Source of the DNA: Myxococcota bacterium
GTDB taxonomy: Bacteria > Myxococcota_A > Polyangia > Nannocystales > Nannocystaceae
NCBI GenBank assembly: GCA_039028615.1
Contig: JBCCHT010000066.1
Span: 1 to 44,858, forward strand
DNA length: 44,858 nucleotides
Direction of reading: 5' to 3'
The notes under the pieces were generated by a model, which saw nothing but the letters and a program-made list of their open reading frames with translations, was not told the origin of the DNA and did no database searches. The position numbers and the translations under genes are program-made. Positions 35,711 through 44,858 of the stretch are shown here, piece by piece. Positions within the stretch are counted from its first letter, which is position 1. Every line of letters starts with the position of its first letter.

Positions 35711-36598
35711 ATGGCCGCAGCCGAGCCACTTCGCGAAGAAAACGCCCCTGTTGAGGAGATTTACTACCGCAAAGGCGATATCGACTTTTGCTTCCTCCTC
35801 AATCGTCGGCACCACAACCTTCGCGTGTTCGACTACAGGGTAGGCAACTACCAGCAAAAGCGCGACTTCTTCGACCGCATTGCGCGCAGCGAAGGTCTTC
35901 GCAAAGTCTTTACCGTCGTCGAGAAGCAGGACTCCAAGAGCTGGCGCTCGGTCGGGTTCTCTCGCGAGGGTGCGATCCCGGGCTACTTCCGTACGGCCGA
36001 CGCCTACGTGATGAGCCGGGTCTACACCGAGGACGGCGACCCCATCCAAGGCGGCGCCCCCAAGCTCAGCGCGACCTCTTCCGGTTCCAAGGACAAGGAC
36101 AAGGATCCCGGCACCACCAAGCCGCGCGGACTCAGCCTCGAGCTGGTCAAGGACGCGACTCGGCTCGACGCCATCGCCCAGCGCTACACGGATGCCGCCC
36201 TGTACGCGCCCTTCCGGCGGGGTCAGTTCCACCCGGACATGGCCATCCACGGCAAGATGGGCAAGCGCGAGATCTGGCTCGGCGCCGAGACGGATAGCTC
36301 CTTCGGACACGCCAAGGTCGACATCCTGACCCCCCCGGAAAAGGACACCGACATCCCCGTGCTCAAGTACTGCATGCGGGCGATGCTCGAGGAGCTCCGC
36401 AAGATCGACACCGCCAGCGTGTTCTCGCTGTGCGCGATCGACATGCAGCTGGTCAACGTGATCTACGCCGATCTCGGCTTCAAGGTCACCGCCCGGCTCA
36501 CCGATCACGTCACCCGCGTCGACGACTTCGTGGGCGCCCAGCTGTGGCATCGGCGGCTGACCAACCAGTCCACGCCGCGACTGCCCAGCTTCATCTGA
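35711..36598 (+). CDS. AblB/YodP-like (beta-lysine N-acetyltransferase-like) tandem GNAT-fold protein
   Basis: ARSEGLRKVF...GFSREGAIPGYF..ADAYVMSR and GAETD..FGHAK...VFSLC...NVIYADLGFK...QLW align by eye with the AblB layout. Codon bias is strong. Confidence 0.7.
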   Translation: MAAAEPLREENAPVEEIYYRKGDIDFCFLLNRRHHNLRVFDYRVGNYQQKRDFFDRIARSEGLRKVFTVVEKQDSKSWRSVGFSREGAIPGYFRTADAYVMSRVYTEDGDPIQGGAPKLSATSSGSKDKDKDPGTTKPRGLSLELVKDATRLDAIAQRYTDAALYAPFRRGQFHPDMAIHGKMGKREIWLGAETDSSFGHAKVDILTPPEKDTDIPVLKYCMRAMLEELRKIDTASVFSLCAIDMQLVNVIYADLGFKVTARLTDHVTRVDDFVGAQLWHRRLTNQSTPRLPSFI

Positions 36599-36614
36599 GC
36601 CCTCGCGCTCGCTG

Positions 36615-36659
36615 AAGCGACGAGCCCAGCCCGCATGCGCGGCTGGGCTTCGTCGTTTC
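36615..36659 (+). terminator. Intrinsic-terminator-like hairpin
   Basis: CGACGAGCCCAGCC...GGCTGGGCTTCGTCG followed by TTTC. Confidence 0.65.
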
Positions 36660-36700
36660 GAACGCCGCACCTCGCGGCCCCCGAGCGATACACTGGGGCC

Positions 36701-37984
36701 ATGCGTGAGCGGGCGTCGCTGGTCGTGATGCTGACCGTCGGATGTGGGCCGAGCGTGGTGCTCGAGCCCATGGGCGACGGTACGGGCACGGGCACCGCAC
36801 CGGGCACGTCCACCGGGGCGATCGCCGACGTCAGCACGTCGGACGCTCCCAACGATTCCGGGCCCCCCGATGCGGAGGTGACGGGCGCCGAGGTCAGCGG
36901 AGAGCCCCCCGAACCGCTCGTCCCCTGCTTCGTGGCGACCGAGGCGTCGTTCCCCGAAGGCCAGCGCTTCTACGGCGAGGGCCAGTTCGACGGCAAGGGA
37001 GCGCTCGACGTCATCAGCGGGAACCTGGCACCGTTGAACCCCTGGGACTTCAGCGCGTGGATGTACTTCCCCCGCGAGCCCGACGGGCTCTTCGTACAGG
37101 GGCCGACCTACACGGGGCCGTCGCTGGTGTTCCGTACCTGGGCTGATGTCGACGCGGACGGCCTCGACGACATGGTGGGCGGGTATCTCCAGCACATGTC
37201 GTGGCAGCGCAACACGGGCGCGGAGTTCGTGGCCATGCCTGCGTCCGATCTGTCCGTCGACGATGCCCCGTGGGCGCTGCTGGACTACGACCAGGATCAA
37301 CGCATCGACGTGGTGACCGCCGACGGCATCGAGCTACGCACGCATCACGGCGTCGGCGACGGGACCTGGACCCTGGTCGACACGCTGGCGGTCTCCGAGA
37401 CGGGCGGCTGGAGCTCCATCGCGCAGGTGCACACCGCCGACGACCTGCGCAGCGGGATCATGCTCTTGCGAGAGTGCAGCGGCTGCGCGGGCACGGGGTT
37501 GGCCGCGTTCTCCGTGGACGAGACGGGCACCATCGTCCCCGGCTCCGGCCTCGTCGCCGACCCCGGTTTTCAGGTCCTCTCCGCCGCCGACTTCGAAGGC
37601 GACGGCCACGCGGACCTGCTCATCGCGCGCTGGCAGCCTGGGTCCGAGAGCCCTGACGTCCATGTCTACCGCGTGGACGGCAGCCCCGACCCCGCGTTCT
37701 CCGTGCTCGACGCGGAGCAAGTGCGGGTGGGCGACTTCGATGGCGACGGCCTCACCGACCTGCTGACCATCGACGTCGGCGGAGAGACCAGCCAGCTCCA
37801 CCTGAACGTGGGGGACGCCACCTTCGAGACCTGGCCGGTCTCGCTGCCCACGGTGGCCACCATCTTCGGCGACCTGCTCCCCGCCGATCTCGATGGCGAC
37901 GGCCAACGAGAGCTGCTGATGCGCGAGGTCTTGGACGCCGGGAACGAGGCTCACTGGGTCATCGACCTCGAGTACTGCCGCTGA
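36701..37984 (+). CDS. FG-GAP/VCBS repeat lipoprotein
   Basis: Lipobox TVGC and repeated D-x-D-G-D-G-x-x-D motifs (DVDADGLDD, DFDGDGLTD, DLDGDGQRE). Confidence 0.88.
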   Translation: MRERASLVVMLTVGCGPSVVLEPMGDGTGTGTAPGTSTGAIADVSTSDAPNDSGPPDAEVTGAEVSGEPPEPLVPCFVATEASFPEGQRFYGEGQFDGKGALDVISGNLAPLNPWDFSAWMYFPREPDGLFVQGPTYTGPSLVFRTWADVDADGLDDMVGGYLQHMSWQRNTGAEFVAMPASDLSVDDAPWALLDYDQDQRIDVVTADGIELRTHHGVGDGTWTLVDTLAVSETGGWSSIAQVHTADDLRSGIMLLRECSGCAGTGLAAFSVDETGTIVPGSGLVADPGFQVLSAADFEGDGHADLLIARWQPGSESPDVHVYRVDGSPDPAFSVLDAEQVRVGDFDGDGLTDLLTIDVGGETSQLHLNVGDATFETWPVSLPTVATIFGDLLPADLDGDGQRELLMREVLDAGNEAHWVIDLEYCR

Positions 37985-37997
37985 CGACCCGACCTGC

Positions 37998-38216
37998 TCA
38001 CGCATCGGAGGAGGGCTCGTCGGTCGAGCCCTCCTCGGTCGTTGTGGGGGGTTGTTCGCTGGGCTCCGCACGCGCCCGTCCTGCCTTGCGAACCGCCTCG
38101 GACAGCAAGAACTCGATCTGCGCGTTGACGCTGCGCAGTTCGTCGGCGGACCAGCGATGGAGAGCGTCGTACAGACGAGGGTCGATCCGCAGCAGGAAGC
38201 GCTTCTTGGCCGCCAT
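37998..38216 (-). CDS. Arc/ribbon-helix-helix DNA-binding protein
   Basis: [38 protein letters not shown] overlap with the SPFH gene. Confidence 0.88.
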   Translation of the reverse strand: MAAKKRFLLRIDPRLYDALHRWSADELRSVNAQIEFLLSEAVRKAGRARAEPSEQPPTTTEEGSTDEPSSDA

Positions 38217-39091
38217 CAGTACAGGGTGCCGGTATTGATGACCGGGCTGGCGTCGCGTTCGGAGACGACGGCGACGAGCAGGTTGTTGACCATCGCCGCC
38301 TTGCGCTCGTTGTCGAGGACGACGACCTTCTCCTCCTCGAGGCGCTCGAGCGCCATCTCGACCATGCCCACCGCGCCGTCGACGATGCGGCGCCGTGCGG
38401 CGACGATGGCCTCGGCCTGCTGGCGACGCAGCATGGACTGGGCGATCTCCTGGGCATAGGCCAGGTGGGAGATGCGGGCCTCGATGACCTCGACCCCCGC
38501 GACGCCGAGTCGATCCTGGACGTCACGCTTGAGGGCATCGGCGACGTGATCGGGGTTGCCCCGCAGCGTCTGCACGCTGGGGTCCTCGTACTCGTCGTAG
38601 GGGAAGCGGCTGGCCATGGCTCGGATGGCCGTCTCGGACTGGAGCGCCACGAACTCGCGCACGCTCTGCACGTCGAACTGAGCCTTGGCCGTGTCGACGA
38701 TGCGCCACACGATGACCGCCCCGATCTCGATCGGGTTGCCCATCGCGTCGTTGACCTTGATCTTGTCGATGTTGAAGTTGCGCACCCGCAGCGAGGTGAT
38801 GACGCGGCGGGCGAGCGGGTTGGCCCAGTGGAAGCCCTGCTTGGTCACCGTGCCGATGTAGCGACCGAAGAACACCAGCACCGCGGCCTTGTTGGGATCG
38901 ATGGTGAAAAAGCCCTTGATGCCGACCACCACCGCCGCGAGCGCGATGATCCCGCCCGCGATTTCGACCGGGGCGGCCAGGTCCACCCCTTGGTTGAGCG
39001 CCCAGGAGCCGGTGGCGACCAGGCCGAGGACGAGGGCGAGCGCGGGAAAGCCGCTCATGCGCCAAGCGCCGTATTCCTTTGAGTTCTGCAT
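38216..39091 (-). CDS. SPFH/band 7 domain membrane protein
   Basis: Two N-terminal TM helices, [41 protein letters not shown] and INTGTLY. SD AGGAG is present. Confidence 0.95.
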   Translation of the reverse strand: MQNSKEYGAWRMSGFPALALVLGLVATGSWALNQGVDLAAPVEIAGGIIALAAVVVGIKGFFTIDPNKAAVLVFFGRYIGTVTKQGFHWANPLARRVITSLRVRNFNIDKIKVNDAMGNPIEIGAVIVWRIVDTAKAQFDVQSVREFVALQSETAIRAMASRFPYDEYEDPSVQTLRGNPDHVADALKRDVQDRLGVAGVEVIEARISHLAYAQEIAQSMLRRQQAEAIVAARRRIVDGAVGMVEMALERLEEEKVVVLDNERKAAMVNNLLVAVVSERDASPVINTGTLY

Positions 39092-39105
39092 CGGTGGTCT
39101 CCTAC

Positions 39106-39135
39106 TGACATCGAAGTGATATCATTCCGATGTCA
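39106..39135. promoter_or_regulatory. 30-bp imperfect palindrome of three TGA(C/T)ATC-type boxes, probable RHH operator
   Basis: TGACATCGAAGTGAT|ATCATTCCGATGTCA (13/15 symmetric), directly upstream of the SPFH ribosome-binding site. Confidence 0.7.
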
Positions 39136-39221
39136 TTTGTCGACCGCGATGATCCCGCGGATCGGCGCTCCGATCCGGCCTCCTGGCGACGCGGTGCGCC
39201 GGGATTCGTGCGCCCGCAGGA

Positions 39222-39260
39222 CGCAACGAAGGCCGGCCACCTCAGCGGCAGCCGACCTTC
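39222..39260 (-). terminator. Terminator-like hairpin after the beta-propeller lipoprotein
   Basis: Minus strand GAAGGTCGGCTGCC-gctga-GGTGGCCGGCCTTC followed by GTTGCG. Confidence 0.55.
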
Positions 39261-39282
39261 ACAAAGCCGCGTCTCGACCCGC

Positions 39283-40704
39283 TCAGCCGGGCGGGTTGAC
39301 CACCAAGTCGAGGCCCGCGCCCGTCATGTCCGAGTACGTGTACGGAGACACGAGGCCCCCCACCGTCTGCACCACATCGTAGGTATCCGGGTCGACCTTG
39401 TAGGCGGTGCTGGTGCCTTGGTCGACGACCCACACGAAGCCGGCCGCGTCGATGCTGGTGCCGACCGGGGTGGCGCAGCCCGGCAGCGGGATGGCGTCGT
39501 CGATCAGGGTGTCGGTCATCGCGTCGACCAGCGTCAGTCGGCACGGGGTGTTGCCCGCGATCCAAGCCCGCCCCTCGCGGTCGATCTGGATCCCGCGGAA
39601 GCGCCCGGCCGAAGTCGCCGCGGTCACGAAGGTCCCCGACGCCATGTCGAGGCGATACACGTAGTTGGTCCCCGAGTTGTAGGTCACCACCCAGGGGTCG
39701 CCGTTGGCATCGACCGCCATGCCGTAGTTGTCACCCGCGGGCACGTTGTAGACCGTGGTCTCCATGGTGACCGCGTTGGTGTGGATCAGGTTGTCCTGGC
39801 CGCCGCGCGTGGCCACCCAGAAATCACCCTCGCCGTTGACCGCTCCGCCGTAGGTCCGGCCCCCGCCGCCCACCGCCACCGCAGCGTCGAGAATCTCTCC
39901 CGTCGTGCCGTCGACGCGGCGGACCTCGATGTTGTTGCCGTCGCCGTGCCAGGAGACCCAGACCCGCGGATCGGGCACCGTGTTCTCGCAGGTATTGGGA
40001 TCGATCTCGCCGCCCTCCCAGGCCACGGCCCGAGGCCCGCGCTCGTAGTTGGCCGAGGGCAGCGGGGTGTTCCACAGCACGCACTCGTCTTCGCCGTACC
40101 CGAGCACATCGCCCGGCCCGGTCGAAGTCTGGATCCCGGGGATCCCGTTGCTCTCGACGCAGTCCTCTTCGCTCGCCGCGATCTTGGTCAGGCTGCCCGC
40201 CGCCCCCCGGCTGGCCACGGCCACGTCGCCGTACTGATTGACCGAGGTCCGCGAGGGGCTGTTGCCGCCCGACGAGGCCTGATAGCGACCTAGCTCCACC
40301 CCGGTCTCGGTGTCGATCTTGCTGACGGTCCCCTCGGGCGAGTTGGCGATCCAGATATAGGAGAAGGTCGTGCCCCCATCGCCGAAGTCACCGCCGCCAC
40401 ATCCGTTGGGCGGCGGCGGGTTCGGGATGTCGAACAACGTGGGCATATCGCCGTCGTCCTCGCCAGCCGAGCCATCGTCGTCGGCGGCGCTCGAGGCATC
40501 GTCTCCCCCGTTCCCCTCGGCGCCCTCGGTCAATCCCCCGTCATCGACGCCGCTGCCGTCGGCCTCGGTCGCCATACCCCCGTCGAGCGTGACCAGCCCG
40601 TCGCCCCCCGCGCCATCGGCGCTGCGCTCGGGATCCTCCCCGCATCCCGAGCTCAACAGCATTGCGCCCACGGCCGCCGTCCATGCCATTCGTCCCGTCA
40701 TCAT
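39283..40704 (-). CDS. Secreted beta-propeller lipoprotein (Vgb-lyase-like, myxobacterial family)
   Basis: Lipobox SSGC, acidic linker, YIWIANSPEGTVSKIDT, PSRTSV, blade repeats YGMAVD..G..W, and C-terminal PYTYSDMTG. Confidence 0.85.
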   Translation of the reverse strand: MMTGRMAWTAAVGAMLLSSGCGEDPERSADGAGGDGLVTLDGGMATEADGSGVDDGGLTEGAEGNGGDDASSAADDDGSAGEDDGDMPTLFDIPNPPPPNGCGGGDFGDGGTTFSYIWIANSPEGTVSKIDTETGVELGRYQASSGGNSPSRTSVNQYGDVAVASRGAAGSLTKIAASEEDCVESNGIPGIQTSTGPGDVLGYGEDECVLWNTPLPSANYERGPRAVAWEGGEIDPNTCENTVPDPRVWVSWHGDGNNIEVRRVDGTTGEILDAAVAVGGGGRTYGGAVNGEGDFWVATRGGQDNLIHTNAVTMETTVYNVPAGDNYGMAVDANGDPWVVTYNSGTNYVYRLDMASGTFVTAATSAGRFRGIQIDREGRAWIAGNTPCRLTLVDAMTDTLIDDAIPLPGCATPVGTSIDAAGFVWVVDQGTSTAYKVDPDTYDVVQTVGGLVSPYTYSDMTGAGLDLVVNPPG

Positions 40705-40844
40705 GTAGCTTGGACACCGACATGTGCGTGATTTTCTGACTGGACCGGAACACTTTCTTTTCGCCTCGCGTAGTTCCCGCTTCGGTCCTGCGCGCGAATG
40801 ACGGATCCCCCTCTGCCCTCCGCTACACTGCGCTCGTCGGCCTC

Positions 40845-42275
<1,431 letters not shown>

Positions 42276-42504
42276 CGTGGTCGGCAACCCCCACGCACCC
42301 GTGATGCGCGCGCGTGCAAACCTCGCAGCTTTCGTTTATTGCGTGGGTCGTAACGCGTGCGAGGCGCGAAACTCATGGTTCCACCCGCTTCCACTGGGTG
42401 GAAATCGGCCGAGAGCTTTTCAACCCCCGAGATTTTGGGGTACATGCGACGTTCAACCCGGGCCGCGACCTTTGGGCCCGCCCCACCCCACGAGAATCGA
42501 CACC

Positions 42505-42723
42505 ATGAAGATCGCAAACATTCTGATGCTGACCGCCTCCGTTGCCCTGCTTGGCGCCTGCGAGAAGGGCCAGCCCGACACCGCGACTCCCGCCGACGCG
42601 ACCCCCGAGGTCGAGGCCCCCGCCGCTGACGACGTGACCGACGAGGTCGCCGACGAGGAAGAGGCCGCCGACGAAGAGGCTCCCGCCGAGGAGGCCGCCG
42701 CCGAGGAGCCCGCCGCCGAATAA
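42505..42723 (+). CDS. Small acidic, low-complexity lipoprotein (72 aa)
   Basis: MKIANILMLTASVALLGAC lipoprotein signal, then an Ala/Glu/Asp/Pro-dominated mature part. It is followed by a terminator. Confidence 0.85.
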   Translation: MKIANILMLTASVALLGACEKGQPDTATPADATPEVEAPAADDVTDEVADEEEAADEEAPAEEAAAEEPAAE

Positions 42724-42754
42724 GGCGTCGGTTTTCGCGACAGCACTCAACTCG

Positions 42755-42794
42755 AAGGGCGTGCTTGCCAGCCGGCAGCACGCCCTTTGTTCGT
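42755..42794. terminator. Terminator hairpin between convergent genes
   Basis: AAGGGCGTGCTTGCC-agcc-GGCAGCACGCCCTT followed by TGTTCGT. Confidence 0.65.
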
Positions 42795-42811
42795 CTGGAC
42801 GTCGTTTCCGC

Positions 42812-43942
42812 TCAGCGACGCCGTCGCCGAAGCAGGCCGAGCCCGAGCAGCATCAGCCCGCTGGCCAGCCACGGTGACCGGTCCGGGGCGCTCGTCTGGC
42901 AGGCACAGCCCGCGCCCTCGTCGGACTCGCCGAAGGTCGTGGGCAACGCGGGGCCACCCGGCCGGCCGCCATCGCCAGAGCCCTCCAACGAACCTTCGGT
43001 GCCGCCCGGAGGCCACGGCTCGGCGTCGTCTCCCCCTGCGCTGCCGCCATCACCGACCTCGCCATTGCCTTCGTCGCCCGCGGTCGCCGAATCGTCGCCC
43101 GTCTCTGCGGCGGGGTCGCCCGTCTCGTCGGTCCCGGGCGGCTCGCCCCCGGTGTCCGTGCCGGGCTCCAACGGCTCGATGCACTCGCCTTCGGCCTGCA
43201 CCAGCTCGATGTCGTCACCGTAGTAGAAGCGCAGGATCCCGAGATAGTCATAGCCGTTGTTGTTCTCGAGACACCGCGCGCCCCACTGCGACATGCAGCC
43301 GCGATTTTGGCCGTAGCCCCCGTCGCCGGGATCGTGCACGAAGCCGAGCTCGGTCTGCTCGACCTGCGTGCCCGTGCGCCCCTCGTTGTAGGTCACCCAG
43401 CCCTCGGTCGAGCCCGAGACGCCCACGCACGCGGGCGGGGCGGTGTCGCTGTCCCCCGCAACATAGAAGCCGTAGGTCAGCGTCGAGTTGAACATCAGGT
43501 ACTGGCCCGCGGTCTCCTCGACGGCCTGGTAATGGATGGGCAGCGGCTCGGCGCCGCACGAAAACACCTGGCAGGCCTGGCTGTCGCAGATGCTGCCCGA
43601 GGTCTCCATGTTGTAGTAGGCGACCGAGCGCGCGGAGATGGCCTGGGCCTTGAGCGCTTCGAGGTTCGCCCCGCCGTTTTCACACTGAATCACATAGGGC
43701 AGGTAGTCGACCTCGAGGTCGAGCAAGCCCGCGCCCTCCACCTGAACCTCGCAGTGGGCCGCGGGCAGCGGAGCCGGGACGCGCATTCCCGGCGTGGGCT
43801 GCTGCAGGGGCAGCGCCGTGCCCTCGCGCAGCGTCGCGTCCGTCTCCGAGTCGTGGTCGCAGGCGGGACCGGGCCCCATCACCAGGGCCACGAGCCCCGC
43901 GCCTGCACGCACTCCGTATCGTTGCTTTCGGCTCTTCGTCAT
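42812..43942 (-). CDS. SpoIID/LytB-domain protein with MYXO-CTERM anchor
   Basis: YLPYVIQCE (catalytic Glu position), EALKAQAISARS, CQVF, GCMSQWGA and ILRFYY. C-terminal GAGCAC...TM...RRRRR. Confidence 0.88.
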   Translation of the reverse strand: MTKSRKQRYGVRAGAGLVALVMGPGPACDHDSETDATLREGTALPLQQPTPGMRVPAPLPAAHCEVQVEGAGLLDLEVDYLPYVIQCENGGANLEALKAQAISARSVAYYNMETSGSICDSQACQVFSCGAEPLPIHYQAVEETAGQYLMFNSTLTYGFYVAGDSDTAPPACVGVSGSTEGWVTYNEGRTGTQVEQTELGFVHDPGDGGYGQNRGCMSQWGARCLENNNGYDYLGILRFYYGDDIELVQAEGECIEPLEPGTDTGGEPPGTDETGDPAAETGDDSATAGDEGNGEVGDGGSAGGDDAEPWPPGGTEGSLEGSGDGGRPGGPALPTTFGESDEGAGCACQTSAPDRSPWLASGLMLLGLGLLRRRRR

Positions 43943-44151
43943 CCATTCCCCCCGCGCGAGACGGCTTTCGCCCCGCGCCCACAATCACCCACCGCCCGAG
44001 CGTATGCGGGGGCTGGGGCGCCCGCAAGCACAGTTCCGCGTCGTCTTTCGCCGTGCGACGCAGCGGTGGGAAGGACCACGGTTCCAACTTCGTGTCGTCG
44101 AGCGACGGTCGCGGCGCCAACGAGGATTTCCCTGCTAGGGTGCGCGCCCCC

Positions 44152-44858
44152 ATGGCCCAGATCGTCGTCGAGAACCTGCGCAAGCGCTTCACCGTGGCCG
44201 CACGCCGCCCCGGGATGTGGGGCGCCGTCGCGGGCGTGGTGCGACGCGAGCGGCGAACGGTCGAAGCCCTGGCCGGGGTCAGCTTCACGGTGGAGGAAGG
44301 CGAGCTCGCCGGGTACATCGGCCCCAACGGGGCGGGCAAGTCGACCACCGTCAAGGTGTTGGCCGGGATCCTCGTGCCCGACGAAGGCCGCTGCGAAATC
44401 CTCGGCCGCGTGCCGTGGCAGCGGCGGGTGGAGCACGTCGCCAACATCGGCGTGGTGTTCGGGCAGCGCACCCAGCTGTGGTGGGACTTGCCCGTCGCCG
44501 AGTCGTTCGAGCTGCTGCGCGAGATCTACCGGGTCGAGCCGGCCGAGCACCAACGACGCCTCGACGAGCTGATCGCCGCGCTCGACATCGAAGGGATCCT
44601 CGACGTGCCCGTCCGCCAGCTCAGCCTGGGCCAGCGCATGCGCTGCGACGTCGTGGCCGCGCTGCTGCACGCCCCCGCCCTGCTCTTTCTCGACGAGCCC
44701 ACCATCGGCCTCGATGCGCACGCCAAGCTCGCCGTCCGCGACTTCATCCGCACGCTCAATCGCGAGCACGGCACCACCGTCATCCTGACCACCCACGACA
44801 TGGACGACATCGAGGCGCTGTGCACCCGGGTCTTGGTGATCGACAAGGGGTTGATCTC
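44152..44858 (+). CDS. ABC transporter ATP-binding protein (ABC-2 type), 3'-partial
   Basis: Absent from the ORF track because it runs off the window. Translation gives GPNGAGKST, FGQRTQLWWDLP, LSLGQRMR, LDEPTIGLD and TTHDM. Confidence 0.93.
   Translation, partial: MAQIVVENLRKRFTVAARRPGMWGAVAGVVRRERRTVEALAGVSFTVEEGELAGYIGPNGAGKSTTVKVLAGILVPDEGRCEILGRVPWQRRVEHVANIGVVFGQRTQLWWDLPVAESFELLREIYRVEPAEHQRRLDELIAALDIEGILDVPVRQLSLGQRMRCDVVAALLHAPALLFLDEPTIGLDAHAKLAVRDFIRTLNREHGTTVILTTHDMDDIEALCTRVLVIDKGLI

Noticed and set aside
37982..38036. TGA plus downstream hairpin as selenocysteine/SECIS recoding
   Set aside because: The FG-GAP protein is complete at the TGA, the context is not redox-like, and readthrough would run antisense into the RHH gene.
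40705..40844. Sigma54 promoter next to the FHA-bEBP
   Set aside because: No convincing TGGCA-N6-TTGC-type element on either strand.

Overview
A GC-rich, gene-dense chromosomal segment with about 38 CDS. It is almost certainly from a myxobacterium, probably Nannocystaceae-like, based on two MYXO-CTERM proteins, a MXAN_2561/2562-like gene pair, a kinase-TM-Cys-rich-TPR receptor kinase, an FHA-sigma54 activator and many acidic lipoproteins. Recognisable modules are MoxR-DUF58-transglutaminase, MarR-fadA-fadB beta-oxidation, SPFH-RHH, RNase R, a class-B DnaJ, a group I truncated haemoglobin, a SpoIID/LytB protein and a partial ABC ATPase. I found no rRNA, tRNA, CRISPR array, transposase or integrase. 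The most interesting signals are: (1) a TANNNT box 5-8 nt before about ten start codons, suggesting widespread leaderless transcription; (2) a lipoprotein with a duplicated 6-Cys/3-His domain flanking a His/Asp linker; (3) two probable pseudo-enzymes, a TPR plus ferritin-like fusion missing iron ligands and an AblB-like GNAT missing its acetyl-CoA motif; (4) a clean sigma54 promoter with an upstream dyad driving a MYXO-CTERM/outer-membrane-barrel pair; (5) clear operators for the local MarR and RHH regulators and a Fur-like box before a structured ~280-nt non-coding stretch. All family assignments come from motif recognition by eye; no database searches were run.
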